From NCBI GenBank assembly GCA_032718475.1, contig JAUCBJ010004109.1, positions 31,452-95,451 of the forward strand: a stretch of 64,000 nt of DNA. The letters run 5' to 3'. Positions within the stretch are counted from its first letter, which is position 1. Each line of letters opens with the position of its first letter. Below, in pieces: positions 26,917-38,173 of the stretch. Position numbers and translations under genes: made by a program. Origin of the DNA: Nemertoderma westbladi (Eukaryota; Animalia; Xenacoelomorpha). The notes under the pieces are model-generated. The model was not told the DNA's origin, ran no database searches, and saw only the letters and a program-made list of their open reading frames with translations.

Positions 26917-28675
26917 TACTTACGTTACTTATCAGCGTTTTGAATTCTAAATTATTCGCTTAAATATTGAAAGGTTTAGGAATATAAATGAAATTCATAA
27001 TTCATATCCCTTTTATGCCTTTAATTCCTGTTACTGTAACAACTCTATGGTAAATAATCCTACACTTAGCCTACAATGGCCATCATCAATGGATAATTAA
27101 TACTCAAGACGTGTTCTAGATGTTTAGTGTTACAAGGTTAGCGAATACATAGCAGCGTTACGACGCTATCACCACCAGACGGCTGATACAATGTATCTAA
27201 AATTTTATGATTTGTTCAGTGAAATATATAATTTTAGCATAACAACATGACGCAAACATATTATATTAACTATAAATTAATTATGTGTAGGATTATTTAA
27301 CTAGTGTAATAATTCTACTGAAATATATATGTAGAATGTAAATGGTGCAACTAGGTTAGCTAATTGTTCAAGCAATCCAATCTGCTACTAACAGTTCCGC
27401 GGATACTATTTTATGTGCATTAGGGGCGGGACATAAATATCTGGTTGCATCACGATTGTCTTAGTACAACGGATGCTAATAAAAAGTTATTAAAGAAATA
27501 TTATAAATAATATGTAAAACCGAATACTATTTCATTAGATTAGCATTAGCATTGTGATTGTATGTATGTATGTATACTATAAAACTATATTTCATAACTA
27601 AACTAAAGAAAATTAAAGAATAAATATTGAGATTACCATTAACGCACTATTAATACTTAGTACACAATGGCCGGTAATATCGTGTCCGTTTCGGAACGTT
27701 ACGTACCTAGCAGTAGTTTATATTACAGTTCATGGTCTATATATTAGTAATTGAAAAGATTACACAATTTTCGGTAGCACAATGAATAAATTCAAGTATT
27801 AATAGACTGCAGACAAACTAAAACTTAAAATCTAAAACTTACAATATACCTGAAGGGGTTAACGTGAGACGGATGTATTATAGACATAAATACCGTAAAG
27901 TAGATAGTTAAAGTAAATAATATTAGTGAGAAAGTTTATAAATACATCGGTGGGGGGAAGAAATGGAATGAATGGTGAAAAATTGTCGTCAAAAGTTTTA
28001 AGACTTATTGTAAAGAAGTGGCCAATGTCCGGTATTCTTGTTATAAACTGTTAGAAGTTCTAAGGTCTAAGGTACCGGTATCACTTTATTAAAGGTTTCT
28101 AGTAAATAATTCAATAAATTAGAATAATGTAGCCGCTATTATTATAATGAATGCTTCACAAACTGAGTGAATATAAATGTGAGTAAAAGTTCTAAAACAA
28201 TTGAAACATTTCTTTACGATAAAATTGTAACTATAAATTAGAAGGAACTTCAACTGTATGTGATTATCTTCTTATAGGGGGTGTTGCGCTAATGTTTGTA
28301 CCGCACCGAGTAAATAATAATCATTCCAGATATTTGTTGACCAACACAATTCGAAAGAAGGGATTTCTAGTTAAAAAAAAAAAGTTGGAAAAAATTAAAA
28401 AAATAATATTGAACTGTTTTTGTTTTGTTAGCAGAAAAATAATGAAAAAAATGTGAAAGGGAAGAAAAGTTATATACCTTTTCACCTCACTCGGCAGTAA
28501 AGAAAAGTCTCAAAGGTTGAAAAAATTATTTACTTTTTAAATTTTAACAGGTCTTGAATGGCGGCAGCTTTACCGTCCAATAGAAGACACCTATTCTTGT
28601 ATTAACTATTTGAGATTATTTGGTCAGTTTACTGCAGTAATACTGTAATATAAAGTCATACAACCAGACTGCTGA

Positions 28676-29302
28676 CTACCGACGCATTAATAGATGGAGT
28701 GAAATGACCACAACAAACCCAGTGAGTATAAAGTGATAGAATTCTCGATTGGTTCGTTCGATTTCCCGACGTTCCAAAACGTTTACGCGCTGCCGCAGGG
28801 AGAACATCTGGGTTTGCAACGACTGCTCCTGGGGCGGGTTGTAATACTCCTTGGAGCCGTAACCCGGGTAACGTGGGGTCGTGACGTCATCGCGTCGAGG
28901 TAGGTGACCGTTCGGTCCACCGGGAGGCGTTTCCAGAGGCTCCGTGTAGTAGTTGGCGTCTCCGTGTCCGTGATCCAAATTTTGTTTAGCCACGTTGTCG
29001 TCGTCAATATCTTCCTCGGCGAGAATTATTTTCTCGGGGATTTGCATAATAGAACTTTGTTTAGTAGCGGTGTTCTCTTGCTCCCTCAAGTGACGCAAAG
29101 AGGAATCATCTGCGAAGCTTTGGACTTGCTCCTTACCGACTTGTATTCTGTCGGGAACGCGCATTTGGCGTTCTATCTCCGGGTTAAAGACGACAGGATT
29201 CATTCCGATAACGGAGGGATGCGGGAGACCGAGTTCGGATGGGTGGGGCACTCGGCGTGGATTAGTTCGAGCGCCGGGGGCGGGGGGGTTGGTGGATGCC
29301 AT
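28676..29302 (-). CDS. MFF: Mitochondrial fission factor (MFF/Tango11 family), single coding exon
   Basis: Paired repeats MRVPDRIQV and MQIPEKIIL, LETPP motif, coiled coil LRQRVNVLE, C-terminal TM anchor ending in RR. Confidence 0.85.
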   Translation of the reverse strand: MASTNPPAPGARTNPRRVPHPSELGLPHPSVIGMNPVVFNPEIERQMRVPDRIQVGKEQVQSFADDSSLRHLREQENTATKQSSIMQIPEKIILAEEDIDDDNVAKQNLDHGHGDANYYTEPLETPPGGPNGHLPRRDDVTTPRYPGYGSKEYYNPPQEQSLQTQMFSLRQRVNVLERREIERTNREFYHFILTGFVVVISLHLLMRR

Positions 29303-29629
29303 CGGATGGAATCTGCTCTTGTATGTGTCTTCTTACTGTCTTACAGTCTTAGGCCTAGTCTTTCGCTTATTTAGTATCTAGTACCCGGTAGGCCCTATCA
29401 GATTATATTGGTATCAGAAAATGGACAGTTCTGCAGTTGAATTCCGGTATGTACCATAACCATACTGCCATACCAACCAACTACAGAACTACAACTGGTA
29501 CCTACGGTACCGGTACATAAATACATACACTGCAGTACAGCAGTACGTTACAGTCTGACAGTTGTTCATTAGGGGGGTCCAAAAAAATATTTTTTTCCGA
29601 ATTTCAACTCGGGAGCAGTTCGCACATCT

Positions 29630-30923
29630 GGGGCGGTATTCATAGAGTTAGTATTAGTTACAGCTACTTAGTGACAGCTTTTAGTAAGAGCTGCAACTAT
29701 GTTTAGTAAGAGCTATCTGTTACTAAAAACAACTGATTTTAGTAAGAGCATTGACTTAACTTAGTTTCAACTAACCCTTAAAAAATATCAGTATTCATAA
29801 ACTGTTACTAAACTTAGTTCTAGCCTATTAGTACCAGTACCGGTACTTTAACTTATGTGTATCAAAAAGCTTTCAGTTTCAACTTAAGGACGGTAGTTAT
29901 GCCCTGCATGTCTCTATGTTTACTGTTTTACTAGTATTTGTAGCCTACATTAAACCCATTAATTTTATTGGTCACTAAAACAATTCCTGTTTTCCAGTAA
30001 ATTTTTTTCGTTATCAAATATATATTTCCACATATACATTCCCATATATATATATTATCACTAAAATATATTTTTGAATAATCAAAAATAAATCTGTTAC
30101 GGCCTGTTGTAATAAAATCCCTTCATTATTTAGGTTAGAATAACGTGGCACTGTAAGCTGCCCTTTCCCACATTTTAGCAATAATTTATAATTAATAGAT
30201 TTAATGTTAATTAATAGATTTTAGTGGAAACTGAATATTTTAGTGATTTCCTGTAAAAATTTTAGTGAAAAAGTATTATTTTTAGTCAGTAAGTAAGGCG
30301 ATAAATCAATTGGCTACCATTATCGAATACCATTATTTACATTCGGTAATAGAGATGAAAATAATGAAGTGGGAACGCTACCGCTTTTTCATCTTGCGAA
30401 AGTTCGCCAATGGTAGAATTCTTTAGCGAAACACATTTTCAATGGACGCGGAACGTTCGGGAGCAATCTCACCATTCAAGAATGTACGCTAAAATTTGCA
30501 AATTTAAGTCGGATATATGTTTAAAAAACAAAAAGCTTTATGACGTTACATTTGACAGTTTCTCTGCAACAACACATTTGCAATGAACACAGAATGCTAG
30601 AAAAACAAGAGAGAGTATAATGTGGCCAGAGTCATCAGTAACATAATAACCATACTGTATGTATGAAGGCCAACATAGAATAAGTAAGCGTTCTTACCAA
30701 CTTAGTCACATCTTCATGTGACAAGAAATTTAAGTTACATCTAATACTAACTTAAGTAAGACTAAAGTCTATGAATACGAGTTTAGCAACAACTAGTACT
30801 AAATACGTTAGTAATAAGTACCACCAACTTCTCTGAATACCGAATTAATACAAGCACTTACTAACTTGCTGTGAATAGGTCTAAGTTCCTACAGTAGTTA
30901 GTCACATTTATGAATACCGCCCC
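29630..30923. mobile_element. MITE with PIF/Harbinger-like termini
   Basis: 15-bp TIR GGGGCGGTATTCATA / TATGAATACCGCCCC; flanked by CT on both sides (TSD ambiguous). Confidence 0.65.
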
Positions 30924-32344
30924 CTCAGGTCATCAAATGGGTCCAAACTTCGATAGATACCAACATTTTGATTTGGGGATGACAGGAAATATTCCCACCG
31001 GCACAAGGCCATTTCCCACTCTTATGCTTTGGCGCAAGTGCGTCATATTCCCAGTTTTTATGATGATCAACTTATAGTATTCCTATACTGCATTGATATT
31101 ATGCTCTTTAGAACCGCAATGACCGATTTAGTTGGTGTAGACACCTTCAAAACAATCATAAGAGCGAATAGTTTTTAAGATATTGCAGATAATGTGAAGT
31201 CCGGCATAAGTCAACATTAGCGCCTTGATGCCATATTGACAAATACACTAAAATTGATACAATTCACACATAACTGCAATGCTCAATTTAGGGGATGTTG
31301 ACACTCTAAAAATATGAGTTGGTGATTAGTATTCGGTTAGAGTTATTGTTAAACTTTTTTTAAACGTTCTTTTAGTCTTAGAGTCTACTCTAGGCCTATT
31401 TTAATTCAATATTATTTTTTGATGGAAGAGTAGGTAATATTATTGCAAAAAACTTAATTTTATTGAAATTTATATTTGTTGTTAAACTTTCTGATGTTAT
31501 ATAACATCAGAAAGATTAACAACAAATATAACTTTTATTGTGTATTTCACTTTGCAGTACCCCATGTGAAGGAAGAACTATAGGTTTTCACGAAAAACCG
31601 CAGATAGGAAGACTTTCGACGCAATAAAAATTCATCCCTCTTCAGGGGGAAATCGACTCAAATAACAGCTGATGAAACTCAACAGTAAAACAGTAACCTG
31701 TTCTATTGACTCTCGTTTATTGTTGTGTTTAGATTAACTAACATGCCACTGCAAAGCAAACTGCTTCTTTCCCCAAATTGACAATTTAACATTGGGAGCG
31801 AGATATTAATTCGCCAAGATGGGATTTGCATCCAGTTTCCAACTGTCTAAAAAATCGAGGTTACGAGGTTCGAGGGCTGAATAAAACCAAAACAATAAAC
31901 AAATTATGTAGTATCTGAACGGGTTATAAGGAAGATAAGCGACCCTTCATAAAGATAAATTAAAAAAAAGACGTAGTCTTCATATATAAAATGCCTATCA
32001 GCAGAGTCGACCAAATGTGAAAACCTGCGAAAAAAATTGTATTACATTCGAATTTCATCTCACAAAAACATAATTGGCTAAAGAAAAGCTATTTTAATGA
32101 TTGCATTACATAATGTGCAGACTAGACTAGTCGGGCGGCCTGACTATATGCGTACCTTCAGTGCATAAAACTAACCTACTGTATCTGTGGGAACAGCCAA
32201 TTAGTGAGCTCTTATCATTTCTCTCTATGTACCAGCCGCTATATCTTTGTACTGTATATAACATAAGAAAGCTACTAAAACGTTTCACCGCAATAGCAGT
32301 TTGGCAAAGAAGTGCTGGCTGGCCATTGAAATTCTTGGGTAAAG

Positions 32345-32648
32345 GGGTACGCAGCAATCTTCGCCCGCGAGCAATCTTCGCCCTCAAAACAACAAACTAT
32401 CGACCGGCGAAAACATTTGCCCAAAGGCAATCTTCGCCCACTAAACAATTATTATTTTGGTTAAAAACAACAGTCTTTGTAACCTGCCCCTTTCCCTCAA
32501 TTGGTAACTAAAATGGTTATACAGTACTAACACAAATCTTATAGGGCGAAGATTGCCTGCGGGCGAAGGTTTGTTCCGGGCGAAGGTTGGATGCGGGGGA
32601 AATTGGACGCCGGAGAAGATTTCCCAGGGGCGAATATTGCACCCAACA
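32345..32648. mobile_element. Small MITE with inverted GCAATCTTCGCCC subterminal repeats
   Basis: GCAATCTTCGCCC repeats on the left, GGGCGAAGATTGC-type repeats on the right; imperfect 9-bp flanks. Confidence 0.5.
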
Positions 32649-35064
32649 GGTCAAGGTTCTGTGGGCTAAACCGAGCTATATAGATTTAAACAGAAATACA
32701 GTAGGACATTGTACATTAATATGCCTATAGGCCTACAGTAGATAGGGTATCACATTCCGACAGCCCCCAACAGTTTCAGACAGGGCAGTTTTGAAATGAC
32801 AGACAGACAGGACTTTGATTTACATTGAAATATTTGAGGTCAGTTTGTCATTTCTTGGACCACTTTTAGAACTTTGAGACACTTTTAATTCTTTGAGAGA
32901 ATCTCAAAGAGCTGATGCACTTTGAGACACGACTGTATCTTTGACATGTGGGCCTAAACAACTGTAGTCTATTGCTTGTAAAATAATGGAGAGTAGGCCC
33001 TACAATGATTAAAGTTGCAGTTTCCAAAAAAAAATTCAAATTCAGTTCATGTTTCAGTTCAAATAAACCACTCCGGTAATTCAGTTACAGTTACCAAAAA
33101 AAAAGTTTCAATTTACTTTAAGTTCTAGATTCACCAAACTTTGCAAGTTTTACAGTGCCGGTATATAAATAGATGCTGGAACCCGATTGGTTGATAATGA
33201 TTTGAAAGTCACCGCCCGATGGCAGCCATTTAATTATTAATCATGAAAATAAAATAACACTTATCCCTGATGCCTCTTTAATGTAAACATGATCTCGCTC
33301 GGTATCCGGAAAGTAAATCACTCATTATTTCCAAGCAAAAAAATTCCGATATTCTTCTGTCCAGATGTATTGATTGCATTTCGCACTCGTTGCTATTTTT
33401 AGAAAAAATAATTCACTTTCCAATACTTTGTTTTGTATTTTATTAAGTAATAATTAACAGAAGAAATCAAATTAAATTAATTTTTTTAAAAACTGTGTTT
33501 ACAAACACTGCAATCATTGTACTTGTATCATTGTACTATACTTCTTTTTTTCCTAATATATAAAATATACTTTCATTTTTAAATGTTAGAGAATTCCAAT
33601 TCAGTTCTATTTCCATTATCAGTAAAGTATCCAGTTTCAGATATAGTTCCAGTTTTAGTTTAAAAAAAAAAAAGTTTCAGTTCAGAAAAAATTCTAAAAA
33701 AAATTCAGTTTTAGTTCGCAGCACTAGTCTACAGTAGACACGGTCGGAACACCATGACCTTGGAACATTAATAATATCTTCAGTTTTCTGTGGAAATCAG
33801 TTCTAATTCCAGCTTCAGTTTAAAAAAAGTTTCAGTTTGGAAAAGATGCCAAAGACAATTTCTGATCAAAAGATCAATTTCGATTTTTCCTTTAGTTCAC
33901 AGCACTAGCCTAGACCCGGTCGGAACACGAAGAACTTGGAACAATTAAAATCGCCACATAAACTAATAATAATAAAGGAAGTAACTATTGTTCCCTACAT
34001 ATTGTAATTTAACCTTAAGACTTATGGACAGAGTTGATGTGGGTCTTTAGATTGCCTTGCCGACTGAATCCTTTATTACAATAGCGGCACTTATGTTTGA
34101 TATGTTTATGGATAAAGTTGACATGTCGTTTTAGATTGCTTTTTGTTCCAAATGATTTCCGAAAATCAAAGCAGCTGTACTTGATATCTTTATGAAAGTA
34201 GTTGACATGAGTATTTAGACAGCCTTGCTGGCTGAATTCTTTATTACAGTACAATAACCGAACGTATAATTTAATTATGAAAGCTATTGATATGAGTGTT
34301 TAGACGGCCTTGCTGGGTGAATTTTTTATTACTGTACAATAGCGACATTTATGTTTGACATCTTTATGGACAGAGTCGACATGTTGTTTTAGAACGGCTT
34401 TTGTAGCAAATGATTTTCCACAATCAAAACACCTACTGTACACCTGATATCTTTATGAATGTAGTTAACATGGATGTTTAGCTTGCCTTGCTGGCTGAAT
34501 TCCTTATTACAGGTACAATAACCGCACTTATGTTTGTGAAGTTTATGGGTAGCGTCAACATGCATCTTTATATAATCCTTGCGTCTAAAACGTTTCTCAC
34601 AATAATCGCATTTATATTTCTTTTTGACTTCTTTATGAACGGATTTTATAAGTTGCTCTAAATGTCCTTTGTCATTAAATAATACATTACAAAAGAAGCA
34701 GTAACTGGTACCTGAAGAAAATACCAACTCCCCAATAGTTTTACTAGAAATATCTGATTCTGTTGTTGCACTACTGATTGTCGGTTCAGTAGTTCTGTAA
34801 AGATCAACGTTGTCACGAGAGGAACCAGCAACGTTAAATTGTTCTTTAAAAGTTAGAGTTTCTGCTAATGACTCAGAAAATAAAAAACAACCTTCAGATT
34901 TTACACTGATAAACTGCAACCCAGAAGCAGATTGATGACCATGAATGTCTGCATCTTCAGTTTCAATAGGCCTACCATACGAACAATTTGGGCTGTCGTT
35001 TTCCCGTTTTTCGACAACAAGAGAATCTCCAGATGGTTCATAAGAAATATCTTCGTCATCTAGT

Positions 35065-36777
35065 AGGGCAATTCCATCGTTACGGACTCACATTCGAACG
35101 AAATTTTCGAATTTTTTTTTCGAAAATTTTAAATTTTATTTTCGAATTTGACATATTTAATTAACAACTTTACAAAAGAAATAACAATTAGCTATGGTGG
35201 CTGATGGATTAATGGTACATCTTTACTTTGACTTATAAAAAAGAGTTGTATCTCATTTGATTCATAGGATATTGTAAATATAGTGCCCGTTACGGACTCA
35301 AATGCAAATGGACAAAGAAAAATTACACAATTTTATTTTGACAAATTCTCTTGAAATGTTTAACGCCACACGTTATAACTTTCACAATTCGAGGTAGATA
35401 CATCAAATTTTGTAAATTTGTAAGTTAATAGCAGAAACATATGGTGGTAAACCTCATTTATAGAGAAATTGTTCGTTACGGACTCACAGAAAAAATTGTT
35501 ACGGACTCACACTTGAAATCGTTATGCACTCGTTATATTGTTTTGACAAAAAGAGCAACGACCAATGAATGTTTATGGTATTTATTCAATAAAGATCTTT
35601 ATTACTCATATATACCTTTCACAATGTACCTTAAGAATCACTATTAGATATATCTTTAGTATTGTTCATGAAGTTATAAAGGTACATCATATCTATGAGA
35701 TTGAGTAGGCATATTTGGTGTGTGTATAGTAATCCTATAAGTTCATATGACCATAATTTGTTAAAATGACCAATTTCTAGTTCTTTAAAAACATAAATAC
35801 CACGTTCACGGAAAATTTTTTATACTGGAAAATAAATTTTGACCAGTATTTCGATGTATCACTGTACTTAAGTTATTCCACCTTGGCGTAGTTGGTTAAA
35901 TCGGTGGCATTGAAATCACATCTCTCCTTGGGTCGTGGTTTCGATCCCATCGTGGGGGCTAGGGTAGTTTTCGTTTCGGCACGAATACTTTAAAGACAAT
36001 AAAGATACTTATTAGCTATGGCGCATCTCTTCCTTCCGTAAATGGTAGCTAAATGAGTACTAGAGTATCCTTTGGGGAATATACAGTAGGTCTGGGGGGA
36101 CCGCACTGGTAATAATTATTGAGACTTTGTGCGTAATCCCTGGCCTAACGGACGATTTTTTTTGTATCACAATCCATCATTCGCTCACTCGTTTCATGAA
36201 ATCTTGAGGAACTTCGAGGGTATCATACTTACCATCTTGGTCAGTAATTTCTGTCATTCGTGATATACCGGTATGCCGTTTGGCCCTTTCGGCACCAGAA
36301 ATGTGAGTATTATACGTAAGAGACATGATTAAACGGGCGCAATGAAGAATGTCGTACATTAGGATGATGTATGAATGAATACGTTCGAATAAGAGGAGCT
36401 GAATACTTTCAGTTTACATAGTGAATAATGTTTAAAAAAAAAATGAATGATTCTTACCTAACCTACCGCATGGTGAGTCCATAACGAACAATGTGTGAGT
36501 CCGTAACGCTGTTCCTAAACGTTTCAGCTGCAATACAGACCATAGAGACCTAATGGATGGTTTTGATTGGTTGTAAACCCAAAGGAAAAATGATTATCAG
36601 TGCAATATACAGTACATGCGGGGTGTACTCCAAATTAAAACTTTAAGTACTTTTCGTTACGGACTCACATAATTCTGTAGGCAAAATCTAAAATTTTTGA
36701 AACTTTGAATACACATTGCTATACGCTGTCAATATTCAAATTTGTATCATCAATAACTTCTAATAAATGTTTGCCCT
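35065..36777. mobile_element. Non-autonomous DNA element inserted in the ZNF coding exon
   Basis: Termini AGGGCAA...TTGCCCT with GT duplication; internal GTTACGGACTCA repeats in both orientations; removing it restores the ZNF frame. Confidence 0.65.
35880..36163 (+). mobile_element. tRNA-derived SINE nested in the DNA element
   Basis: A box TGGCGTAGTTGG (35884-35895), B box GGTTTCGATCCC (35937-35948), ~280 bp, T-run at the end. Confidence 0.65.
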
Positions 36778-37702
36778 GTACAGGGACAACATCTACTCCA
36801 AAGGAAAAATTGTTGTGATCCTCGATGGGACATGATCTGTAAACGTTGTTCTCTTGTTTAACTTCAAGAGAATACCGGCACCGGCACCGGCACCAGTAGA
36901 TTTATCTTTTAATACATTATGTTGATTCATCCGAACGTAATCCTACACGAAGTGGGGCCTTCGCGCAGCACGTGACTTAATTATACTTAGTTATACATTT
37001 CGCCCTCTAGCGGCAGACTGGAGGACTCCAGACCGTTTACTGCCCACCAAAGACTCAGGCCGACTTCTACTACATATCTGCTACGTTTCAGCTTGAACGG
37101 ATCATAAATAACGAGATGGGAGAAAGATTTCACTTTCAAACATTTCGCCCTCTAGCGGCAGACTGAAGAACTGCACACGGATTAGCCTTCAATTCAATTC
37201 AATTCAATTCCTTCTTTCAAAGTCACAGCTAATGGTCTAGTACATATCTGCCAAATTTCAGCATAAATGGATTAAAAGCAAAGAAATGGGAGGACATTTA
37301 ACGTTTAGACATGTGGCCCTCTAGCAGGAGACTATTGCTCTGATGGTGTCTGAAAGTCTCTCAAACGTCTCAACTTTAGCTCATATTGATACCTACAAAT
37401 TTTCAACTTGGCAGCTTTAAATCCGACAAAGTTATTAGCATGTCAAAATCGTAACGACGACAACGATTTCACTTTCAGACCTTTGGCCCTCTAGCGGCAG
37501 ACTGGAGAACTGCAGATGGATTCGCCTCCTTTGAAAGTCACAGCTAATGGTCTAATACATATCTGCCAAGTTTCAGCTTAAACGGATTAAAAGCAAAGAA
37601 ATGGGAGGGCATTTAATGTTTAGACATGTGGCCCTCTAGCGGGAGACCATTGCACTGATGGTGTCTGAAAGTCTCTCAAAAATCTCAACTTTTGCTCATA
37701 TT

Positions 37703-37867
37703 TGACGAATGTATATGTGGGGTTGCGCATTAACAATGGAGTGACATGCGGTCAAGTATAACGTATGTGTATTCAGATATTATAAGTAGAGCAAACCAAG
37801 CATTAGGCCTAGATGAAAAGGGCAGTACAGAATTCAGAAGGCAGTATAAGTACTGGAATACTATACA
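37703..37867 (-). repeat. 3' LTR
   Basis: Identical by eye to 42688-42852; preceded on the minus strand by purine-rich AGGAAGTAAGTA. Confidence 0.95.
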
Positions 37868-38173
37868 TACTTACTTCCTGGTTTCCATAGGTTGCCAAGC
37901 AACGAAAGGCGTTGTTAAGCAACGATATAAACAACTGAGTTTGTGGTATGAACTAAGTACGCCTAGAATAACTAAGTACGCCTAGAATAAACTGTCACCG
38001 CACATCGGTGAAAAAATAAACGGTTTTCCTAGGCTGCCAAGCAACGGAAAGCGTTGCTAAGCGACGATATAAACAGATGAGTTTGTGGCATGAACTAAAT
38101 AAATGGTTACATAATTCGTATTATTGGGCCATGTAAAATGGAGTTGCGTTTGGGTATAAATTGTCTACATGTA

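Larger units (their letters stand above)
34015..36930 (-). pseudogene. Disrupted multi-C2H2 zinc-finger gene
   Basis: Tandem CxxC...HxxxxH fingers (YKCDYCEKRF...HVDATH, HKCRYCNKGF...HINSVH) with frameshifts, a stop and lost ligands. The acidic N-terminal region (EVKQE...VVPVLDDED) is split by the insertion at 35065-36777; candidate ATG at 36930. Confidence 0.75.
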
